Shown here in pieces: positions 20,979-28,428 of a stretch of DNA of 64,000 nt. The stretch's first letter is position 1. Each line of letters begins with the position of its first letter. The notes under the pieces are model-generated. The model saw only the letters and a list, made by a program, of their open reading frames with translations. It was not told the origin of the DNA and did no database searches. The stretch covers positions 10,109 through 74,108 of the forward strand of contig JBFJCP010000025.1 in NCBI GenBank assembly GCA_041615815.1, read 5' to 3'. Source of the stretch: Gemmatimonadales bacterium (GTDB lineage: Bacteria; Gemmatimonadota; Gemmatimonadetes; Gemmatimonadales; GWC2-71-9). The translations under genes were made by a program, and so were the position numbers.

Positions 20979-23014
20979 ACCTGTGCTCCTACAAACAAGT
21001 TGCGGCCGGGCGCGGGCTCAAAATACCGGCCCCCAAACGCATTGACGACGATGGATCCGGCATACCGCTCGTCAAAGAGGTTGAGCACGCCCAGATACGG
21101 GGCCACACGCCACCCGGCGATTCGGCCATCCCATCCCACTCGGACATCCGCGGTCCACCAAGCGGCGTTCTCCGCAGTATTCTCGTCGTCCACCGCATAA
21201 GCTGCCGTGTGCGTGTAGTCCGTCGCCGCCCAGAGACCCACGGGGGCTGCGTACCTCAGGGACACGTACAAGTGGTGCGGTGGCACGCCCGGAATGTCGT
21301 TGCCATCGAACGTGCCATCTTCAGTCGTGAAGTCGGTGAATTGATACTCTGCGAAGGTGTAGGCACCCACGAGACGCAGGGCACGGTGAGGCCTGAGCGT
21401 GGTTCCGATTTCGACACCCGCGTGTCGGGAGGCGCCCACATTGCGGAAGAACTGCCGCCCCGGCTCGCTCGGCACCTCGAACGGGATGAGCCCGTCTTGG
21501 ACGTCAGCGTAGAACGCAGCCAGGTTGTAGGTCACGATACCGGCCTCACCCCGCACGCCCGCCTCGACGTTGACCGTGCGTTGTGGACCGAGCTGGGGGT
21601 TGAGCCCTCCGCCCCCTTCTGGACGGTTGACGAGCTCGGTGGTCGTGGGTGTCTCGAAAGCGCTCGCCACACCCAGGTAGGGCACGAGCGTTGGATGGAC
21701 ATCGACCGTGATCCCCCCAGACCACGACACCGCATCCATCACCTCGTCACCTGAGGCATCACCGTCGCTGAGGAAGCGGTCGTCGAGGTCAAACGCGATC
21801 CGATCGTACCGGATCCCACTCGTCAGGGTGACGCGATCGCCCAGCGCAATCCGAGCTTGCACGAACGGTCCCAACTCGAACACGCGCTCGAACTGGTTCA
21901 GGGTGACCGCGTCCCGGTCCGGGGTGAAGTTGAGGCGGTCGTCCCGCTGCCATTGGGCATCCACACCGACGGTGAGCGTGTGGGTGTGGCCACCGGCTCG
22001 GAACGGAAGCTGGGCGCTGCCACGAACCCCATACGCCCATCGGTCCAGATCGATGAACGCGAACGAGAGAGGATTCTCGAGGTCCCGTCGGAGACCGTAG
22101 ATGGCAACGTCGACGGCCCCCCCACCCCCCGTCGCGTGGCTCACCGAGACACCGCCGAGGGTCTGTGTGACTGCCTTCCCCGCATCGGCGTTCACGTTCC
22201 GGGGATCGGCGAGCGTGACGGAGGAATCGAATTGGGCAGCGGTCAACGCCCCGGGGCTCTGCGCCGTGGGCATGTCCGTGATGTACGCCAGCGCGGCGAC
22301 GCGAGTGCGTTGCCCCACCGGCTGGAGGACGCGGGCTTGAAAGTGTCGCACGTCGGCCCGGCTGTGCATCCGGTGACCATCCACGGTGGTGCGAGAGACG
22401 GCGGCGTACAGGGCACCGGGCCCCAGCGGCGTCGCAGCCGCGGCAGACCATTTCAACAGATCGAACGCGCCCGCGGTTACGCGAACCGCGGGAGTCACTC
22501 GCCCCGGTATGGCGAGGTCCGACGAAAGACTGATCACGCCACCGGACGCGTTTCCGTGCAGACTGGACGACGGCCCCTTGAGGATCTCGATTTGTCCCAC
22601 TTGCGAGAGGTCGATGTTCGTGAGTTGGCCCTGTCCGTCGGGCAGTGTTTGGGGGATACCGTCGAGCAAGATCTTGATCCCGCGAACGCCGAACGCAGAG
22701 CGGGCGCCGAAACCCCGGATGGACACGCGCTGATCGAGAGCATAGTTGTACCGATTGGCTACGAGGACGCCGGGTACCGTCACTAGTGCTTCGTCCAGGC
22801 CCAACGTCGCACGACCGCGACGCAACTCATCGCCGTCCACCGTGGCCACCGCGTAGGGAACGGTTCGAAGCGGAGCCTCCGAGCGGACGGCGGAAACCGT
22901 GATGGGCCGGAGGGACGCACGCGGGAGCGTATCGCTCGGGATTGAATCGGCCTGAGCACGGACGACGCCAGAAGCGACGACACTGAAGACAACGAGGAAC
23001 ACGATCTCCCGCAT
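20969..23014 (-). CDS. TonB-dependent receptor
   Basis: Signal peptide, TonB-box-like ITVSAVR, plug motifs IRGFG and IEILKGPSSSLHG...GGVI, C-terminal NLFD..Y...PAPGRN. Confidence 0.9.
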   Translation of the reverse strand: MREIVFLVVFSVVASGVVRAQADSIPSDTLPRASLRPITVSAVRSEAPLRTVPYAVATVDGDELRRGRATLGLDEALVTVPGVLVANRYNYALDQRVSIRGFGARSAFGVRGIKILLDGIPQTLPDGQGQLTNIDLSQVGQIEILKGPSSSLHGNASGGVISLSSDLAIPGRVTPAVRVTAGAFDLLKWSAAAATPLGPGALYAAVSRTTVDGHRMHSRADVRHFQARVLQPVGQRTRVAALAYITDMPTAQSPGALTAAQFDSSVTLADPRNVNADAGKAVTQTLGGVSVSHATGGGGAVDVAIYGLRRDLENPLSFAFIDLDRWAYGVRGSAQLPFRAGGHTHTLTVGVDAQWQRDDRLNFTPDRDAVTLNQFERVFELGPFVQARIALGDRVTLTSGIRYDRIAFDLDDRFLSDGDASGDEVMDAVSWSGGITVDVHPTLVPYLGVASAFETPTTTELVNRPEGGGGLNPQLGPQRTVNVEAGVRGEAGIVTYNLAAFYADVQDGLIPFEVPSEPGRQFFRNVGASRHAGVEIGTTLRPHRALRLVGAYTFAEYQFTDFTTEDGTFDGNDIPGVPPHHLYVSLRYAAPVGLWAATDYTHTAAYAVDDENTAENAAWWTADVRVGWDGRIAGWRVAPYLGVLNLFDERYAGSIVVNAFGGRYFEPAPGRNLFVGAQVGR

Positions 23015-23083
23015 GGCCCGATACCTTAACCCGGCCTCATCCCAGCGGCAATCGTTCCCATCCACCCGTCTTGCCATTCGTCG

Positions 23084-23584
23084 CTAACAACTCCCGTGGC
23101 GGTGTTCCACGGGACGGCAATCGAAACCTCCGTTGGCCCAGTGGCCGGCGCCAAGCCGCTCGGCCTCGGACTGCGCATCGCGGAGACGACGCTCGTAGCG
23201 GACGTTGGGTGGGATGATGAAGACCACGGCCCACCCACGACGGACCATGGCTTCGTTGATCATGGTGTTTCCGTCCCACAGATAGGCGAGTGTGCGTCCA
23301 AAATCATCGATACGTTGCTGTGCATACTCCAGTTGCACCGTCTCGCCCGGCAGGAGCATCGCCTCGAGCTCCACCCGAGACCGCTCGCCAAACGGAGCCT
23401 GATCGAGCTCAGGCGTGTCGATGCCGACGAGCCGGATCCGAATACCTTGCGTGCACGTGATGGTGTCGCCGTCCGCAATCCGCTCTACCGTGCACGCGGC
23501 GTCGAACGTGAGCCCCTCTTCACTTGGGCACGCTACCAGCGCCGCAACCAACACGAGCACACCCGCTGTCCTCGCATGCTGCAT
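23084..23584 (-). CDS. Thermonuclease (SNase) family lipoprotein
   Basis: Lipobox LVAC; DGDT, RLVGIDTPE, DDFGRTLAY, INEAMVRRGWA. Confidence 0.88.
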   Translation of the reverse strand: MQHARTAGVLVLVAALVACPSEEGLTFDAACTVERIADGDTITCTQGIRIRLVGIDTPELDQAPFGERSRVELEAMLLPGETVQLEYAQQRIDDFGRTLAYLWDGNTMINEAMVRRGWAVVFIIPPNVRYERRLRDAQSEAERLGAGHWANGGFDCRPVEHRHGSC

Positions 23585-23597
23585 TCTGGAACCTTTC

Positions 23598-24206
23598 TTA
23601 TCCCTCCCCCCAAGGCTCGACGAACTCTTCCACCGGCACGCCGAGCGCGTCCGCGATCCGCGTGATGTAGTTGAAGTAGGCAATCACTTGGGTGGCGTCG
23701 TGGATCGCGACGTCAGTGAACCCGTGGTCGCGGAGGCGCTGGAGATCGTTGGGAGACATCTCTTGCTGCTGGTGCGTCAGCCTCGCCGCGAACTCACACA
23801 ACGCGCGATCCGGGGTCGCCAATTGGGCGGACCGCCAGTCCCGGGCAACGGCGTGGACGAAGGTGTCGGCGTCCGCCTCGGTCTCGAACATCTTCGCGGT
23901 CGCGACCTCGGCCCGGAGGTCGTGGGCATGCGCCTGTGTTCAGTAATGACAGTCGAGTTCCGCAGAAACCACGGTGGCCAAGAGCTCTCGTTGGACCCGG
24001 CTCAGGGGTGACGGTCCGAACATGATGGCGATGTACTGCTCCATGCTCGCTTTCATGACCCGGGGATTGAGACTCATGATCTGGACGATGTTCCATACCC
24101 GCCCGGCCCGGCGCATCGCCTTGTCGAACTCGGCCTTGAGTAGACCCTTGGCCTCGCCGACCGGAACCTGGTCGATCCATGGCTTGGTTTGTTCGCTCCC
24201 AGTCAC
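23598..24206 (-). CDS. AhpD/carboxymuconolactone-decarboxylase-like peroxidase-related selenoprotein (202 aa, Sec89)
   Basis: ORFs 23940..24206 and 23598..23891 share a frame. The junction TGT CAT TAC TGA ACA CAG GCG CAT reads C-H-Y-U-T-Q-A-H, matching AhpD CxxCxxxH. A hairpin follows the TGA and selA is nearby. Confidence 0.88.
23903..23942 (-). promoter_or_regulatory. Sec UGA codon with putative bacterial SECIS element
   Basis: UGA, 17 nt, then CGACCUC-[CGGGCC]-GAGGUCG: a perfect 7-bp stem whose G-containing loop starts 25 nt after UGA. Confidence 0.75.
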
Positions 24207-24967
24207 ACCAGCACTCTCCCGTAGTAGACGCGAGTATCATACTCGATCCGGATCATTCCACGCTCATGATGTTGGTCGAACACCCTGTTCAAATCCTCGA
24301 GCATCGGCTTGCGGTCTTGGTGGTCTGGGCCTGGAACATAGGAACTCGAACAGACTCGCGCCCGCAGGCCGGCCCGATCCAAGACCTGGACGTAGTCGAA
24401 CGAGGTCTCGCCGTATCCGGCGTCACCAAACAGCGTCCGGAGACCCGGAGCGATATCGTAGCGGTGCCGCACCGTCTCGTAGTCCACACTCCACCGCTCG
24501 ATGAAATGCTCGTACGCCTCGAGAAATGCGGTACCGCCGAGCCGACGCTCGTTCCACAAGATGACGACCCACCCCGGCGGCCGGAGGATCCTCGAAAACT
24601 CACGCGCTGTCGCCGGCGCGTCGAACCAGTGGAAGGCCTGGCCAACGACGACCACATCAGCCACGGCTGCCGCAAGCGTGGTAGCTTCCGCGCGGCCGTC
24701 GATGCTGCGGAAGCCGGGGTACCCGCGCAACCTGTCCTCGGCGGTGCGGCGCATGGCGACGTTCGGCTCCACCGCGTACACCGTATTGCCGTGGCGTAAA
24801 AAGAGCTCGCTGAGGATACCGGTTCCCGAACCCACGTCGACAACCACGTTGCATGGTTCAAAGCCCATCTCCTCCGCCATGAGCGTCATGACCTCGGGCG
24901 GATAGGTCGGGCGGGCCAGGGCGTAATCCCGGGCGCGGTCGGTGAAGCGGGCGGTGTCGTCGGGCAT
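24203..24967 (-). CDS. Class I SAM-dependent methyltransferase
   Basis: RF...A..Y...RPTYP, DVGSGTG, GQAFHWFD, LRPPG; stop overlaps the selenoprotein GTG (GTGA). Confidence 0.88.
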   Translation of the reverse strand: MPDDTARFTDRARDYALARPTYPPEVMTLMAEEMGFEPCNVVVDVGSGTGILSELFLRHGNTVYAVEPNVAMRRTAEDRLRGYPGFRSIDGRAEATTLAAAVADVVVVGQAFHWFDAPATAREFSRILRPPGWVVILWNERRLGGTAFLEAYEHFIERWSVDYETVRHRYDIAPGLRTLFGDAGYGETSFDYVQVLDRAGLRARVCSSSYVPGPDHQDRKPMLEDLNRVFDQHHERGMIRIEYDTRVYYGRVLV

Positions 24968-25190
24968 AGGATAACGGGCGAAGGCTGTGCTCCTTATCCG
25001 GCCCACGTGGCGGGCCGGCGCAAGTGACCGGGGTCGGTGTGGTGCCAGCAGCGGCCATGTTTCTCGTGGCAGAGCCGGCGCCTGGGCGTCGTGCGTATGA
25101 AGCCGCTATGTTGTCCCGATCGGTCGCGTAGATCTGACCTCAGGTGGCGAGCGATCGCAGGACCTGATGGTGCAAAGGAGGACACCCAAC

Positions 25191-26327
25191 GTGCACGCAA
25201 GCCCCTTTGGCAAGAGACTGAAGGTCCTGGGACTCTGCAACCAGGTGCGGAAAGAACGGAAAAAGAACGTTCTCGCCCAATGCTCCGACATCCTCCGACT
25301 CAGACTAGGCAAGGGAAAGCTCGGCGCCTATGAATACTACAAGTACAGGCTGTACGACGACGAACTGCATCATCCCGCGAGCAAGCGGACCTTTGCTGGA
25401 TTCCGCAAAGAGCACGCACTCGATGCGCGACTGAACCACCGCTCATGGCATGGCATGACGACGGACAAGCTGATTCAATACTCGATTTTCAAGGGGTTGG
25501 GGATTCCGATCCCCAAGATTTACGCGGTGTACCATCCGAGTCGTCGTTACTTCGGCCAGGCTCCTTCCATCCGTGATCCTGAGGCCCTACGCGAGTTCTT
25601 GCGGCGGGACATCGCCTATCCGTTCTTTTCCAAGCCGGCCCACGGTTCGTTCGGGGACCGCGCCGCCGCCGTGCGCTCGTATCATCAGGCGACGGACCGG
25701 CTCGAGTTGCTTTCGGGCGACGAGATGGCGCTCTCGGACTACGTCGCCGAATGTCACCCGCGCGAAGGCGCCTACCCCTGGCAAAGTGGTTATCTCTTCC
25801 AGGAGTATCTCTCCCCGCACCCGGAGATCCTACCCGTCTGCGGGCCACGCTTGTCCAGCGTGCGCATGATCATCTTGCTGTCTGACGCTGGACCGCGCGT
25901 TTTTCGAGCGATCTGGAAGATTGCTACCGGGAAGAACGTGGTCGATAACTTCCAGCACGGTGCCAAGGGCAATCTCTTGGCAACGCTCGACGCAGAGACC
26001 GGCGCCGTCGGCCGGGTGATCCGGGGCCTCGGTCCCGAACAGGAGGTGGTTCGGGCCAACCCAGATACCGGCAAACCGTTCCAAGGTTTCCGGATCCCAC
26101 AGTGGCCACTCCTCGTCGATATCTGTCTCACGGCGGCCACCAGCTTCCCCGGACTACGGCTGCAGCATTGGGACATCGCCATCAGTGCACGCGGTCCGGT
26201 CGTCTTGGAGGTCAACATCGGAGGAGATCTCGACCTCCCGCAGCTGGCCAGTGGCACCGGATTTCTCGATGCCGAGTTCGAGGCGTTCCTCTCCGACTTA
26301 CAGCGCACTTACCCCACCTCTTACTGA
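25191..26327 (+). CDS. ATP-grasp protein, sugar-transfer-associated (ATPgrasp_ST)-like
   Basis: DK, KP..GS.G, FQEYL..HP, SSVR, VDNF..G, WDIAI...GPVVLEVN; GTG follows aaggagg. Confidence 0.8.
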   Translation: MHASPFGKRLKVLGLCNQVRKERKKNVLAQCSDILRLRLGKGKLGAYEYYKYRLYDDELHHPASKRTFAGFRKEHALDARLNHRSWHGMTTDKLIQYSIFKGLGIPIPKIYAVYHPSRRYFGQAPSIRDPEALREFLRRDIAYPFFSKPAHGSFGDRAAAVRSYHQATDRLELLSGDEMALSDYVAECHPREGAYPWQSGYLFQEYLSPHPEILPVCGPRLSSVRMIILLSDAGPRVFRAIWKIATGKNVVDNFQHGAKGNLLATLDAETGAVGRVIRGLGPEQEVVRANPDTGKPFQGFRIPQWPLLVDICLTAATSFPGLRLQHWDIAISARGPVVLEVNIGGDLDLPQLASGTGFLDAEFEAFLSDLQRTYPTSY

Positions 26328-26364
26328 GGCGGCGGCCGTGGCCTGCTCTTTCGATGCCGGGTTT

Positions 26365-26874
26365 TCAGTCCGGCTCTTCCCCCATGGGCATTTCTCGGAG
26401 ACCCTGCCGGAGAGCTGGATGGAGCCTGAGGAGATACCACCCCATGGCGATGGCGGCAGCGACGCTGCCCAGTCCCAATTCCCACCATGCCGAGGGTCCC
26501 AGCAGTGGCGCGGCGAAGAGGAGGCCGGCCGCGTACACGTGCGCAGCCACGAATATCAGCGCGACGAGAATGAGATAACGGGCGACAGGGTGCAGCTCCG
26601 CCTCGACGACGAGCCATGATACCAGCATGCCGAGGCCCAGAAAGGCGAGCACGTGGAGCATGTTGTAGGCGAGTACGGGGCCTGGGGCGATTTGGAGGGC
26701 GGCGGGATCATCCAGGCCGTAGAAGATGGCCGAGCCAAACAGCGCGGCGGTGTGAAAGACGGAGCGGCCAGCCAGGACATTGAGCCCCGCCATGACCACG
26801 ACGACCACCATGTAGCCGAGGAGCCCGGCGAAAAGGCCACCACGCAGCAGCGTGCGCCATTCGTCGCGTGTCAT
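26365..26874 (-). CDS. Hypothetical membrane protein (about 4 TM)
   Basis: Hydrophobic segments; 169-aa ORF with a plausible start. Confidence 0.7.
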   Translation of the reverse strand: MTRDEWRTLLRGGLFAGLLGYMVVVVVMAGLNVLAGRSVFHTAALFGSAIFYGLDDPAALQIAPGPVLAYNMLHVLAFLGLGMLVSWLVVEAELHPVARYLILVALIFVAAHVYAAGLLFAAPLLGPSAWWELGLGSVAAAIAMGWYLLRLHPALRQGLREMPMGEEPD

Positions 26875-26966
26875 GGACCCGTCCTATGGAATCCGGGGCA
26901 GTGGCACGCTACGCCTGCCCCACTCCCATCGAGATGAGGCAAATGTGAATGTTCGTTCAGACACAG

Positions 26967-26998
26967 GAAGGGCGGCGCGGGCAACCCCGGCGCCCTTC
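26967..26998 (-). terminator. GC-rich hairpin downstream of the beta-barrel gene
   Basis: gaagggcg...cgcccttc stem; no clear U-tract. Confidence 0.35.
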
Positions 26999-27021
26999 TG
27001 CCGCCCCTGCCGTGCCCATCA

Positions 27022-28356
27022 CTAGAAGTTGTACTCGATCCCAGCCGTCCATGAAACGTTGGTCCGCAACCCGCCGTTGTTGAGCGGCCACAGCGAGTTC
27101 GCAATCAACGCGAGCCCGGCCGGCGTCACGAACTTGAAACCGATCGACCCGTTGAGGATGTCGTCCCGCCGGTTGGGAATCGTGGTCAGCTCGAGGGGTC
27201 GGAGGAACGGCTCCTCCAGCAGGACGTCGCCCGGCACGGTGAGTTTGTTGGACCCCACCTGCAGCTCAGACACGAAATCGACCGCCAGGGTGGCCCATGG
27301 CGCCAAGACGTGATCGAACCCCACGGTGGCGAGGAAGGCGTCGTTCTGAAGTTCGCCGCTTCGATATAGATACCCCAGGTTGATGTGGGGTGAGAAACTC
27401 GCGAACTGTGCGGACACAACACCCAATCCACGGATCGACGTTTCACCCGAGCCCAGGAGATCTGCCTCGTCGCCGGTGGCAAAGCGTGCATCGGCCAGGA
27501 TCGAGAATCGGGCGTTTTGGGATTCACTGACACCGATCTTGAGCCGGGCGGCGATATCGCCCAGTCCCGTGGCCGAACCCTGGGCTCTCGCTTCCGCAAT
27601 GAGTTGGGGACTCGTTTCCGAGCCACCGAAGAAGTGGGCGGCCGTTGGGCCGCCGAAGGGGAAGATCTCGGCGCGGCTGAAGCCGTCGAGCGACGTGGAC
27701 ACGAGGGGAATCGCGACGCCGATATCGATTCGGTCGGTGAGGCCGTAGGTCAAGACGAAGAGCGTCGTGATCACGTCGATGTTCAGATCGAGGTTGAGCG
27801 CAATGAAATCGTTCTCGAGCGTCGGGATGCCCTGGGGCGCGCAATCCTCGCCGATCGCGAGGTCGCACGCATCGGAGTCCACATTCACGTGGGCAAAATT
27901 GAGCCGGATGTTGTCGAGACTCACGCCCCGCAGCGATTTGAAGTTGAACACGTTGACGGATGCCCCCACTAGCACTCGTCCACGCCCGAGCGTCTGCGCC
28001 CGCTCCGCGAAGATGGGGCCCGGCGAGGTGGAGGTCGGGACCGGTACGCCACCCTCGAAGCGAAACGTGAGACCACTACTGGTCGCACTGATGGGAATGT
28101 TGGAGACGTTGGAGCTGATGGCATTCGTCAAAAATGCGATCAGCGTTCCGTTGCTCTCGACCGCCGAAGGAATGAAGTGATCCGCGTGGATCGAAACCGT
28201 CTGCTCTGGAGATCCGGCCGTCCCCGCTAAGAACAGTGGATCGTCACCGGGCCCGAAGATGAACAGCTCGGCAATCTTGTCGCGCAGCCCCTGTGCCGAC
28301 GCAGCCTGAGGGGCGACGATGCCCAGCAACAGCACGGCAAACACCCAGCGCACCAT
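27022..28356 (-). CDS. Putative outer-membrane beta-barrel protein
   Basis: Sec signal peptide (ASA|Q), amphipathic strands, GLGDI..RLK, C-terminal IEYNF; strong RBS. Confidence 0.75.
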   Translation of the reverse strand: MVRWVFAVLLLGIVAPQAASAQGLRDKIAELFIFGPGDDPLFLAGTAGSPEQTVSIHADHFIPSAVESNGTLIAFLTNAISSNVSNIPISATSSGLTFRFEGGVPVPTSTSPGPIFAERAQTLGRGRVLVGASVNVFNFKSLRGVSLDNIRLNFAHVNVDSDACDLAIGEDCAPQGIPTLENDFIALNLDLNIDVITTLFVLTYGLTDRIDIGVAIPLVSTSLDGFSRAEIFPFGGPTAAHFFGGSETSPQLIAEARAQGSATGLGDIAARLKIGVSESQNARFSILADARFATGDEADLLGSGETSIRGLGVVSAQFASFSPHINLGYLYRSGELQNDAFLATVGFDHVLAPWATLAVDFVSELQVGSNKLTVPGDVLLEEPFLRPLELTTIPNRRDDILNGSIGFKFVTPAGLALIANSLWPLNNGGLRTNVSWTAGIEYNF

Positions 28357-28428
28357 GGATCCTCCCTCGTGTTCTCTATTGGACGTCCGGTCGTTGGAAA
28401 CCGGAACGCCTGGATTCGACGAGCGTTG

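Noticed and set aside
23598..24206. Pseudogene or two separate small genes
   Set aside because: The single TGA coincides with the catalytic Cys position, the frame is intact on both sides and a SECIS-like stem follows, so recoding explains it better.
25020..25090. ZMP/ZTP-riboswitch-like fragments (gtgacc... gccggcgcctgggc)
   Set aside because: It lacks the CUGGCG pseudoknot partner and the P1/P2 consensus, and the downstream gene is not a purine or folate gene.
26944..26961. CRP/FNR-like site (tgtgaatgttcgttcaga)
   Set aside because: Half-site spacing does not fit TGTGA-N6-TCACA. It is only a weak palindrome and cannot be assigned to a regulator.
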